A stretch of 64,000 nt of DNA from Utricularia gibba (GCA_002189035.1 NEEC01000016.1:496001-560000); one strand, 5' to 3'; numbered from the stretch's first letter, positions 41,320 to 59,128 are shown. Numbers and translations are program-made. Notes: generated from the letters alone by a model not told the origin.

Positions 41320-42784
41320 GATCAACGTATACATGTATGTCGGCATAGTGCTACAGTACAGGGTTGTGAAGTCAAAGGCATGCAGGGGAAAAATACATGT
41401 ATTTTTTTGGGGGTTGGTGATGAAAAAAACAACCATACATATTTCAATTATATCCTAATAAATTGAAAATTTTATAAATAATAATTATAAAAAATTTATA
41501 TATCTCCAAATTATAATTTTTCAAAATTATTTCTGGAAAAATGTGTCGACAAATTATTACAGTTTGTGACAAGTGTTGATATGCATTCAATTTGAAGGTA
41601 GATGGTTAGAGAAATGTGAATTCATAAACTGTCGAAAATATAAGAAATATTTCGTGTAAATGTAGATTATTTTGAGTTATGTAATTAAAAAAATATAGAT
41701 TGTGATTAAAATTTGAGCCAATAACAATTGTGAAATTAGCCTTAAATATCATTGTTTTATATGTATTTAATTAGTATTTATTGTATTCCTTATTTTCTTT
41801 TAAAAAAGATTAATGATTCAATATGCTAGTGATAATTCTCATCAAGCCTTAAAATGAAGTTAATTTCTAATAATATATCTTATTAGCACATTATAAGCGC
41901 TCTTCTTCATATTAGATCATGATTTCATGTTTTATTTAGAAATAGTGTTATGATGCGAATTGAATTTATAAATTTTATTTGATATGATAATTTTATACAA
42001 AACAATATCTAAAATCCTCACTCATCAAAATGAAGGACTACTTTATCTTAAATAATACACAATAATAATCAATTTGGTAAAAAGTAATATTTAGTAGTAT
42101 GGATGATACACTTAGAAAATATTTAATTTTTTAATCATTATAAAACATACATCCATTTCCCAAATTAATTTACTTAATTGCAGTATGAGTTTTTAAAAAA
42201 AAGATAACATATTCTTTTTTATTTTTAAAAAAATAATTATCAGTTTTCCCAATTGCTTGATTGATTCTCATTATTATAAATTTGATTATTTTATCTCTAA
42301 AAATATTAAATCAATCAAAAGTTGAAATATTAGTAAGGAAAAACAAAACTCAATAATAATTAAAATACATACTTTAAAAAATAAAAAGTAGTATTTAAAT
42401 ATGTTTAATCCTTTCTTTTATTTATTTATAAGTTCGAATTTAAATTCAGGTTAAACTCCTGATTTTAAAACAATGATTTCGACATAATGGAAGTTTTTTC
42501 AACATCAACATTTCATATTCTATGGTATTTGTTCAACGGCTAGTTGAAGATTTGGTATGCATATACTTTTAAATATAAATATTGTAAATGACTTGTTCAA
42601 AGAAAGTGTATTCGTTGATAATTCATTCTATTTTTAGTAGAAAAGGGATTTTTGAGTTCTAAGAAGAAACATTTCAAATCCATGCAAAAATTCACAGCCA
42701 TCGCCACATTTGTGTCTTCCTCCATAATCGCCGTCGCGAGTGGTTTCCAATGGTCGCAGTCCTCCTCCCGTTGCTCCTCCGGTG

Positions 42785-43557
42785 ATGGGAGAACCCGCAG
42801 AGCCCTCCACGCCGCCGCCTCCTCCTCCGCCGCCGCCCGGGTTCACGCTTGTTCGGCCTTCCAGCAAGAAGAAATACCGACCCACAAAAGTATTCCGCAT
42901 CTTCCGTAACGTATTCCGGTCATTCCCGATCATAACCCCGGCTTGCAAACTGCCTTCCCTCCCCGGCGGCCATATCCCGGAGATCAAGGCCTCCGGTGGT
43001 GGGCGTGTCACCGGAACCCTCTTCGGGTAGGCGTCTTTGATTTATTTCATCGTGTGTTTAGATTGTAGAAGGAGAGCAGTGATCACAACCGCAGGTATCG
43101 AAAGGGGCGTGTTAGTCTCTCCATCCAGGAAACCTCGAGGACGCTTCCGACGGCGGTGGTGGAGCTCGCGATCCAGACGCAGGCCCTGAAGAAGGAGATG
43201 AGTCTGGGGATGGTGAGGATCGCGCTGGAATGCGAGAAAAAAGCCGACAAGGAAAAAATGGAGCTCCTAGAAGAGCCCTTGTGGACGATGTTTTGCAACG
43301 GAAAGAAGATTGGGTACGCCGTTAAGAGAGAGGAGACGGAGGAGGATCTCCGTGTGATGGAGCTGCTGAAGGCGGTGTCGATGGGCGCCGGCGTGATACC
43401 GCCGTCCACCCCCACGGAGGGCCCCGACGGCGAGCTTGCTTACATGAGGGCCCATTTCGATCGGGTTGTTGGGTCAAAGGACTCCGAGACTCTTTACATG
43501 TTGAGCCCAGATGGAAACTCTGGCCCAGAGCTAAGCATTTTCTTCGTCAGGGTATAA
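42785..43557 (+). CDS. MIZU-KUSSEI 1-like (DUF617) protein; 68-nt intron 43027-43094
   Basis: RVTGTLFG|YRKGRVSLSIQE...RIALECEK...EPLWTMFCNGKKIGYAVKRE...VSMGAGVIP...GELAYMRAHFDRVVGSKDSETLYMLSPDGNSGPELSIFFVRV*. Confidence 0.9.
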
Positions 43558-44610
43558 CCGTCATTGTACATTTTATGTAATTTAATTATTTTTCTCATGC
43601 CTTCTATTTTAACTCCACGATGGGCTTGTTCTATTTTACACTTTTTTTGAAATGATTCTTTTTGAAAACCCTAATCTTTAGCTCTTTTTAATAAAATTAT
43701 AAATTCATAATTTATGATTATTTTCATAAATTATTATATTTCTTGAATTTCTATAAATTTATATTGATGATTTTTGGTTTCTAGAAGATAAGATTATGAT
43801 AAAAAAAAAACATAAAATTTGTGTTCTTGATGCTATCTTGTGCATTGGCTTGGGATCATTTGAACCTGAGGTAGGTGCCTTGAGTTAGGAATGTTTTCAT
43901 GCACCATTCACTTTCAACATGATATCTTTCAAATCGTGATAATTCATAGTAATCACAACATATCGTTTCAAATCTAGACATCTATATGGATTAACCTGAG
44001 ATTGATCGTACCTATGACTCATATCCATAAAAAAATGGGTATAAATCGTATCAATATTTGATGGGTACACATATGATTCATGGGCCAAAATGAGTTGGGT
44101 TTGCAGATAGATCCATTAAAAAATAATGATGTAAGTTTCAAGCACTATAAATTCTCATTTCCTGTATTTTTATAAATTTTACTTATATTTTTTTAAAAAA
44201 TATATTTTAATACACGGGCTGACTGGAATCCAAATTTGAACCCATGGAGGATCCGTATCCAACGGGTCATGTGCAACATGGACTATACGGGTGCCCGTTA
44301 CTGTGCCCAGGTATGCCCGTACGCGTGCCCAACGATGGAATCACAGGTGGTGCTCCCTATGCCCCTAACCTGCACAAGAAATGTGGTCCTACTGTTATAA
44401 TGCAAGTGGGCCCCAATGAGAATAACTTCAGTGGGCCCAGACGATGAAAAATACGGACATAAACCACCTTTCCCTTTCTTTTTCCTTTTTTTATTTGAGT
44501 TTTAAAAAATAAAACTAAATAAATGTGTTGATATTGGGAAAGATGATTGTCCTTCTTCCTCGTCAGCATTCCTTGTTTAGCCGCTTTCCCAGTTTTGTAT
44601 GAGTTTTTTA

Positions 44611-45005
44611 GGCCGTGTTTGGTTAGTTATTATATTAAATGGGAGTTTAATTTATTTGAATTTTTTGAATTAATATCTCTGAATTTTTAACTCTCTTAAA
44701 CATTTGTTTTGTAATATGTAAAATAGAATCAATTCAAAATTATATGAATATGATTAGTTTTTCTAATTAAAAACTGTTGTGTGGAATAGTATACTATTAT
44801 AGGATAAAATTTACTAAAATAAAAATATATATTCTAAATTTTAATATATTATTTAATTATTAAAAAATCAATAATTTTAAAATCAATCATATAATAATGA
44901 AATATTAAAATTTTCAAAAAATATACACACTAAATTCAATCCTACTGTATGCAAATAACATTATTATGAATGACTAAAAATAAGTTTTTTCTTCCAAACA
45001 CAGCT
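44611..45005. mobile_element. Possible Tourist/PIF-Harbinger-like MITE remnant upstream of MYB copy 2
   Basis: GGCCGTGTTTGG at 44611 (preceded by TTA) and CCAAACACAGCT at 44994 form a 10/12 inverted match around AT-rich filler; no right-hand TSD. Confidence 0.35.
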
Positions 45006-45771
45006 GGGTTTCTGCATCCATTCAATTGTGTATTGCATTGCTTCTCTCTGCGGCTGCCGGGAAACACATCCCCAACCCCCGGTTTCAGCAATTTGCTTGT
45101 ACGTTCCTGAAGGCTGAATGCCCTTGAGTGGGGGAAAACGATAAGATTTGCAAGAAAGCTGTGGCTCTTTGTCGATTGTGTCTCTGATAGACTTACTCAG
45201 TGGGTTCCCACATGAATAGCAGTGCTGTGAATCTGGCTCACCGGAAACGGGGCCCCGGCGCTCCGTAAACCAGACGTTGATGATATTCTCTTGCCCCCAT
45301 TCCGCTGGCGCGCTTTGCCTCCAAGTGTGGGTGGGTGTTACTGTACTAAAAATGAAAAGACTGAGCTCAAATTCAGCTATGTGAAAAATTCTGGTACATG
45401 GATGAATTTGACTATCCGCCATGAATTTCTTGTGGGGCGTCGTGTCTTCCTACGGCTGTTTCTAGAGCTACAGATGTGTGAATTGGTGTTTTGACACGCT
45501 GCGTTGGTATTGGCCGTGCAAAAAGTTACGGGTTTTCTTTTTACCACGTGATTCCATTTTGGTGTTCGCCATGTCCTAATGTGTGTCACTGATCGAACCT
45601 ATTTAGAAGGGGGACAGCAGAAGAAGGTACGTATTTTGCTGAATCTACTACTGGTACAAAAGGAGCCTTTTCCCCTCTGTGCCATGTTCGTCTCAGATGC
45701 TGCTGAATAAGGATATATTTATAAATGCCCACCCTGCATTTCTTTTCTCATATCCTTCCTTGGCTGAAGGA

Positions 45772-46612
45772 ATGGAGGATAAGCTGCCAGCGCTGGGTGT
45801 GCGGAAAGGGGCTTGGAGCAAAGCGGAAGATGAACTTCTGAGGAAATCTATCGATACTTATGGAGAAGGAAAATGGCACCTGGTCCCGTTTAGAGCAGGC
45901 AAGCGCGCTGCTCAGATTCTTTCTTGTCTGTAATCTCTTCTTCTTCGTGGTTTCTGGAGGTGTTCTTTTGGTGTGTAGGATTGAACCGGTGCCGGAAGAG
46001 CTGTAGGCTTCGGTGGCTGAATTATCTCCGCCCTGAACTGAACAGAAATCCTTTCTCGGAAGATGAAGTTGATCTTCTTATCCGGCTACATAAACTCCTA
46101 GGCAACAAGTAACTCTCTCGTTGCACTACGTTTCCATCTGATTTTCACAAGAAGAAATCAGTTTAGCAACGCATTATTGATTCAGATGGACTCTGATCGC
46201 CGGCAGACTTCCGGGGAGAACTGCTAACGACGTGAAGAACCTCTGGAATTCACACGTGAAGAAGAAGGTCACCGCCCCATCTGACTCCACTCACAAGAAT
46301 GTCGGTGCCGCCGCCGACACTAAAACACCCCAAACAATAATCCTTCACAGACCCAAACCAATCCGTCTTTACCCACGCACTTCTTCCCATAAAGCAACGG
46401 CTGGAAAAACCAGGTTTGCTCCCTTGAGCCCCGTTGACACCCCACCGTCGCCGTCATTTGGATACATGTTCGACGACAGAGCGGGCCGAACCCTAAACTT
46501 CCCAGTGCCTTCCGGCGAGTTGTTTGCGGAGCCTCCAGATGCAACCGCCATCCCGAAGTTGATGGCCGTTGACGATCTCGATTTTCTGCATCAACTGTTT
46601 GAAGCCTCCTGA
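45772..46612 (+). CDS. R2R3-MYB, subgroup 6 type, copy 2; exons 45772-45898, 45979-46108, 46186-46612; GC-AG first intron
   Basis: [12 protein letters not shown]...[13 protein letters not shown]|[18 protein letters not shown]...[11 protein letters not shown]|[30 protein letters not shown]; the donor reads AG|GCAAG. Confidence 0.9.
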
Positions 46613-47771
46613 AGCTGCTGCCAATATACTGTGCTAATGATTATCTAATTATTTTTTTCGATAACTATTTCTCTAAATATTTTTAAATATAATTAACATA
46701 TTTATATAAAAATCATTCGTATTGCATAATAAAATTATTGATCAACTATTTTAATAAAATTAAAAACAAAGTCTTAAACTATTTAATTTTAAATCTCATT
46801 GAAAGCGACGTTTTCTGATAGAATTTCGCATATATGATGCGTCTTCTTCATTTATGACCGCTTTTGTGGGCCCACCCACAAATGAAAATACGAGGATGGA
46901 TTATAATAATTCTACGGGGTTTTATTAAAAAAATACGTCATTGTCCAAGTATTTTAGAAGTAGTTAGATAAATGCGTATTACTATATTTAATTATAGTAT
47001 AATTGGATATATGTATATTTTTTAATTGTATATAACGTTGTATATACAAAAATAAAATTCTGAATATGCGGATAATATAAATGTAATTAACTCTGTATAT
47101 TATTCATATATTCAAAAAATTAGTATAGAAAATTATATAGTTATATAAAAATTATATGCATATACTAATTAATATAAGAGTGATTTATATTTAATTTTAA
47201 TAAACATATATTATATTATATTATAAAATATATTTTTTAAAATCGTTAAAATTAAATTCTATTCAATTTAAACGTGGGACACTGTTTAAATAATATTTTT
47301 ATAAAAATTAAGTTTTCTAAAAATAAAAAAGAGAGAAAGTATTTGATTCAACATCATGACTTTTTGGCATGTCCAAGAGGCAGGCCTTGTTGTACGTTTC
47401 TCAACCGCAATCTGATTTCGGGTCTTCTACCTACCTCATTTATTGGTTTTTCCATGCAAAAAAATAAATCATATTTATTGGATTTATTTCTTTTAATTTA
47501 ATGGAAAAATATTTTTCAAAAATTATTTATATTTTCATTTAATAATTTAATTTTTAGAATTTAAAATATAATAATTGTTAATAAAAATTGTGTCAATGTA
47601 ATCATATTGTTATAAGGCAAAGCATGGACAGAGTTACTAGGTCTTGTTACCAATGGTTAACTCTTAATGCAGGAGGTGTCTGAAAGCAGCTCTGTGATGT
47701 TTTGCTTGTTGATGATGGATTACTCAGAGGGAGATTTCATTCGAGTTTGTGGTTACTGAAAAGAAACTTCT

Positions 47772-50022
<2,251 letters not shown>

Positions 50023-50867
50023 CTTGTTCTCAATTTTCAAGCATTTGCCACGTGGGATATGATATACTTGTTTTCCCCAAACAACTATCTTGGTTAGAAT
50101 ATCCAGAATCCGAACAAAACATGGAAGTTTAAACAAGTTACTCAAGATTTTATCAGTGTACAAACAGTACATCAGATTTTTATGGTAGTTGGTTTAATGG
50201 TGATTTCAAAGTATGTTTTATTTAACCCACAAATGAGAAAAAGAAGGATCCAAAATGACAAAGGAGAAACCCTAATGTGATCTGGGCGCCAGAGTCTTCA
50301 TTCAAAGAAATCAAGCAGGCAGCGTTCCAGCATTCACATGCTCAGTCTAAGCACGCCAACTGTTTATTTGTCATCCAAATAATTCTGATGTATTCGATCC
50401 TAAGTTAATGTGATCTGCAGCGTTTGTGGAGCTGCGGTTGTTTTGCTGGGGAAATTACGATGATGAAGTGTTTCTTGGAGGCTGTCAAGTTGAATGAGCG
50501 CCACCGACATTGAGCACAACTCAATTTTTACCAGTACCAGCTGCTCAGACATGTAAAGAGACAATATGTTTGCACCATTTCTGAAATGGGGTTGAAGGAG
50601 TCAGACAGCAAAAGTGGAGAAATGGGTTTGCGAAGCCATAGCTGACTTATGCCTTGTGAACCGGAATGTGGAAGACGGAGTCAGCATAGATTCCCTTCCG
50701 GTGTCTGTTTCTCTGGTGGTCACCGTACATCACATTTCCGGTCAAACCTTATGCGGTGGAGCCCGTGTTGAAACATTTGGGCGCCCCGCGTTTATAAAAG
50801 GAGCCCTAGACCCATGCAGACTCACCAAGCAGCAAGCATTTAGCAGCATTTGTGTTTCTGGAAAACA

Positions 50868-51986
<1,119 letters not shown>

Positions 51987-52391
51987 CACTCTTAATGCGT
52001 GTTTCAGTTATCCCACAATTTCCTTTTGTGTTGGAATCCATACCATGTTCTCCAAATCAGAATTAAAGTGAGTTTTGTTTCTGTTAAAATTTATAAAAAT
52101 GGGTGTTTTTGTTTTATAAAAAATAAACCAATATTGATGGATAATAATAAGAATACTCAATATTGATTTTTGTAATGAGAACCAGCAAAATCAAAATTAT
52201 TTTTTTAAAAGAATTATTTTTTTAAAAGGGTCATTTTTAAAAAAATAAAGACATAGTTGCTTTAATTATAATACTACACATCACTTTTAAATAATCTAAT
52301 ATACTATAAATTTTGATTTTTTATCATTAAAAATATTAATTTTTTAAATATATAAATGTCATGACTCACGTTTTTTATACAAATGATTATT

Positions 52392-52836
52392 GCAAATTCA
52401 CCCATAAAATTCACAAGCAGATGCAACAATGTGCTCAAATATTTGCAAAAATGTTTGAATGTATATTTTTGCCCCAAATGTTCAAAGTGTGCACTTTTGA
52501 CTAATACTGGTTTTATTATTATTATTATTTTAGAATAATAATAATATCAGTTTATGGTTTAAATCATCATCATCATCATCATTCTCATCATGATACTCAA
52601 ATATCCCATATCAATTTATTATTATTATTATTACTACTACTACTATTAGTATTACTATTGATATTATTATTATTATTATTATTATTACTATATTTATATT
52701 AATAATAAAAAAACCCGTATTGGACAAAATTGTACAATTAGAAACATTTGGAAGCAAAAACACATATTTAAATGTTTTTACAAATATTTGGGGGTATTAT
52801 TGTATTTGTGTATAAACTTTAAGTACCAATTTGTGC
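52392..52836. mobile_element. Long-TIR (Mutator-like) MITE or foldback remnant with a TTA/ATC microsatellite core
   Basis: ~110-bp imperfect inverted repeats 52392-52507 and 52717-52836 (caaatatttgcaaaaatgtttgaatgtatatttttgcc vs reverse complement caaatatttgtaaaaacatttaaatatgtgtttttgct), differing mostly by transitions; no TSD seen. Confidence 0.6.
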
Positions 52837-52904
52837 CACATTAAACTATTGAGATAAAAATATTCATGTGTGTAAATAGTTGGAGTCATTTCTGCAGATA
52901 TCCC

Positions 52905-53513
52905 CTCTTCTTGAAGTCAGAAATTAGAAACAGAAACCATCTTTTTTTTTTTCATCTAGCACAAAATCTGCTGTCACTTGATGTATCAGATCCATCATCA
53001 AAGTGCAAGCTCTACTAAGGCACTGACTTGAAAAGGTCATAGAGACGAAAAATCAGAAGAGGGTGCTCAGCGTTCGTATTCAGCATGATTCCTCTCTGAG
53101 CTACAACACCTATCTATTGAAAAACACAAAGTTGAAAACCTCAATCTCATGCATCCAAGTATTCAGTAGTAAAATAGTGGAACTGTCATAAGAGATTCAA
53201 CACTCACTCATTGGATTCGGGGAGTCACCAAAATCTGGAACCTACAGAGAAAATAAGCAGCAGTATTGAATCCCGACTTCTACTTTTCATTCTGCTTAAT
53301 TTGCTTTGACCATTTTTACTTCATCTCTTTCATGCAGGAAGAAAGTTCACAAGAAGGAGCAATTTCCTATTCACCTGGTAATGACCATTTTGATGATTTT
53401 TGGGAATGTTCTGCTGAGGAGAGTCCACATCTGCTGGAGCCATCATCGTTATCCCCACAACCATTAAATCTCATATTCGTAAGTAGCCATTTACATCCAA
53501 TATATTATCTTAG
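52905..53513 (-). pseudogene. Duplicated internal fragment of the MED26-like gene
   Basis: Same-orientation copy of 61168-61885, including the DVDSPQQN...HYQ and VPDFG.SPNPM exons, with a ~100-bp deletion in the next exon; no start codon or N-terminal exons. Confidence 0.8.
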
Positions 53514-53995
53514 TCCGGTAAGGAGGAGACTGTTTGTAGCTTCAGAACTCGAAGCCGGGTCTGGTTTAAGGTTCTAAACTTGAAGCGGAGAGATACTGTA
53601 AACTTCTCAGAGGAAAAATCTGTTTACTCAGATGGTTTCAACCCATATTTATACTACAATGCTGAGCCAAGCCACAGATCCAACGGTTACATTTGTGACA
53701 ATAGCAATTAAGTACAGCAAATCAATGTTCTTAGCACACATGCAAACACTATCCAATTTGCATTCTTAGAACATAACGGTTAACTAGTTGCTCAATCAGA
53801 CAGAATTTCTGCTCTCTCTCCACACATCAGCAGCCCACCTATGCATGTACCTTTTATTCATCTGCCCTCATTTCATGGGGATCGTCACCCTTAACATGGG
53901 ACGGGACGTGGGAATCATCTTCGGTTCCATCATCATCAGGGGTTGCTGGTTCACTCCTTCTCCTTCACTTCCAGCCTGTGCCACACACGTCATCA

Positions 53996-54445
53996 TTACT
54001 TAATGTCAACAACACCTGGTGGGGTGGTTCCAGCCGGTGGACCGGTTACTGCGCCAGTGGTGGACACATTTTTGAGGAGAAATCAAAGACATTTTTACAT
54101 CAAAGATATATCTTCTTTTCTGCATAACAGGATAAAACTCGGGTCTAATGCAGCACAGAGACACCCACAAAAGTTTTATGTAAAGAAAGCTAGTTCAAAC
54201 CTGGGACTAGATGGATACACATATCCAGAAGAAGCAGCTGACATCAAACAGAGCAAAAAGTCAAAACTCGCGGAGGAGTAAAAAGAACATATTCTGTCGA
54301 AGTTACTTACTGGGGGGAGTTTGAGTCTCAGTAGCAGTTCCAGAGAAACCACAGCTTCCAGCAACTTGTCCCGATCTCTGGTAATAGCTAGCATAATTGC
54401 AGTGATCTCTGACAGTATTTGGATTAAAACAGGTGTCAATGTAAT
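53996..54445 (-). pseudogene. X8-domain / PDCB-like gene remnant
   Basis: Minus frame CFNPNTVRDHCNYASYYQRSGQVAGSCGFSGTATETQTPP|GTAAGT, next exon TASSGYVYPSSPS (54237-54201), then a Thr/Gly/Pro-rich stretch behind a CAA (mutated AG) acceptor; the N-terminal part of the X8 domain is missing. Confidence 0.7.
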
Positions 54446-54690
54446 CTTATAACAGCATGGACAGAGTTACTAGGTCTTGCTACCAATGGTTAACTCTTCT
54501 TCTTGCAGGAGGTGTCTGAAAGCTGGTCTGTGATGTTTTGCTTGTTGATGATGGATTACTCAGAGGGAGATTTCATTCGAGTTTGTGTTTACTGAAAAAG
54601 AAACTTCTCTTTGATTCTGATTTGGAGAACATGGTATGGATTCCAACACAAAAGGGGATGGTGGGATAACTGAAACATGCATTGAGAGTG

Positions 54691-55808
<1,118 letters not shown>

Positions 55809-56511
55809 TGTTTGCAAAAAGCGCAAATGCTGAATGCTTGCTGCTTGATGCTTCTGCATGGGTGTAGGGCTGCTTTTATAAACGCGGGGTGCCAAAATGT
55901 TTCAACACGGGCTCCACCGCATAAGGTTTGACCGGAAATGTGATGTACGGTGACCACCAGAGAAAAAGACACCGGAAGGGAATCTATGCTGACTCCGTCT
56001 TCCACATTCCGGTTCACAAGGCATAAGTCAGCTATGGCTTCGCAAACCCATTTCTCCACTTTTGCTGTCTGACTCCTTCAACCCCATTTCAGAAATAGTG
56101 CAAACATATCGTCTCTTTACATGTCTGAGCAGCTGGTACTGGTAAAAGCTGATTTGTGCTCAATATCAATAAACGCTCATTCAACTTAAAAGCCTCCAAG
56201 AAACACTTCATCATCGCAATTTCCCCAGCAAACACTGCAGATCATATGCATTCTGAGAACACTTGCCCCGAGCATCTGGCCTTTTGAAAAATTAAAATTA
56301 TTTTAATGATGACTCCGTTAACTTAGGATCGAATACTAGTCTCATACATCAGAATTATTTGGATGACAAATAAACAGTTGACGTGCTTAGACTGAGCATG
56401 TGAATGCTGGAACGCTGCCTGCTTGATTTCTTTGAATGAAGAATCTGGCGCCCAGATCACATTAGGGTTTCTCCCTCGTCATTTTGGATCCTTCTTTTTG
56501 TTATTTGTGGG

Positions 56512-56825
56512 TGTTTTTTATGGATTGTTTTGAGGTAAATTAATGTGGATTGTTTGGTAGGTACTTTTGAAAGGTGTTTTATTTAAAGTAGGGGTTTTTT
56601 AATAAATTCTATTTTATGATTTTAAATTTAGAATGTGTTTGATAAATAGATTTAAATGTGTTATATTTTGTAATGAAAAGATATTTGGATTATGATCCTA
56701 AACGATTGGTTTTACATTTATTTAGAAATGCAATTAAGATAAAAGTAAATTAAAAATAAATATTCCATTTAGTATAAAACATACCATCCTCTCCATTTAT
56801 TTAAAACTTATTACCAAACGCATAT
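56512..56825. mobile_element. ~310-bp AT-rich indel present only in the unit-2 intergenic promoter segment; weak Tourist-like ends
   Basis: Absent at the homologous position (~50223) in unit 1; GTTTGGTA (~56550) and TACCAAAC (~56812) are inverted. Confidence 0.3.
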
Positions 56826-58021
56826 CTAAAATAAAACATACTTTGAAACCGCCATTAAATCACCTAGCAAATAGTACCTTAGGGTTTATTATTTAGGGTA
56901 TGATGTACGGTTGCACATAACTTGTGTAACTTTCTAAGTTTTGTTCCGCTTCTGGATATTGTAAATGAACATGAATTAGAAGGTAAGTTGATGGTTGATC
57001 AGTCACACTTCCAAGGGTTAAAGACACGAGTCTTGTCTTCCCCTCCTCGTAACCTGTTGCTGCTCTAGTTTGTTAGGATCAGTTGCTATTCTGTCGTTAG
57101 GTTTACATTCTGGATGAAGGTGAAACTTTGTTCTGGTGTTGTTTGTTATGCATATGTCCATTTATTGCATTGAGTTGTACTGAAATCTGCCATCCTTTTG
57201 CATCAATAAACGTCCAACTCCATCACATTTAGTGTAAGAGCAGATTTAGCAGCAGAGTAATTCGCATCTGCCAAACGTTTTCATCAAAGTGGCATCAGTA
57301 GAAATTGTTCAAGTACCATGTTACCAAAACCACCCAAATCTAAAGGGTACATAAACTACATTGAAACGCATCATGTGTAATAGGCAAGTTAGTTAGCTGT
57401 GGTTTGCCATTCCTTTTGTTTTGTTATGGGCTCCTAAACAAAAACGAGACAATTATTATTAGAGCAAGTAATCCCACGTAGGACGATTAAAATGGTATGT
57501 TAAAGTTAAATTTTTATTAATATAATTCACGTTTATTATGTATTTATATTTTATATGAATCATTGTATTCTTAATTTCAATAAAATAAAGAACACAGCTA
57601 TCTATCATAAGAAATAACATGCTAAGGCTTGTTATATTTGTGCCAATGGGTATGCTCAAAACTACAAGAAATTGGAGAAAAACATATTATTATATTGTAA
57701 TGGTGGCCTTGCCGCTATGTTTGACGTGTCCACGTCCTCACCCGCGTTGAAAAAACGTACAGAAGGAGATTTGTCTGACTTCATTTGTGAATAGAAACGT
57801 ACACGGCGGCAGACACAGAGTCAACTGGTATGCTCTTCTGCTTTGAACGCCGTACGCACCTTTTCTCCGGCATCGGAGGGGGTGGAGCCCGTGTTGAAAT
57901 ATTTGAGCGCCCCGCGTTTATAAAAGCAGCCCTACACCCATGCAGAAGCATCAAGCAGCAAGCAGCAAGCAGCAAGCAGCAAGCAGCAAGCATTCAGCAG
58001 CATTTGGGTTTTCAGCAAACA

Positions 58022-59128
<1,107 letters not shown>

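Noticed and set aside
44964-45422. 152-aa minus-strand ORF upstream of MYB copy 2
   Set aside because: No recognisable domain; overlaps the MITE-like end and MYB promoter.
52560-52700. Regular short repeats (ATC/TTA runs) as an array
   Set aside because: Simple microsatellites inside the MITE core; no repeat-spacer structure.
53850-53975. Acidic minus-strand stretch (RSEPATPDDDGTEDDSHVP...DE*) that looks like a protein C-terminus
   Set aside because: Too short, preceded by a stop, and not assignable to a family; may be another gene remnant but is unsupported.
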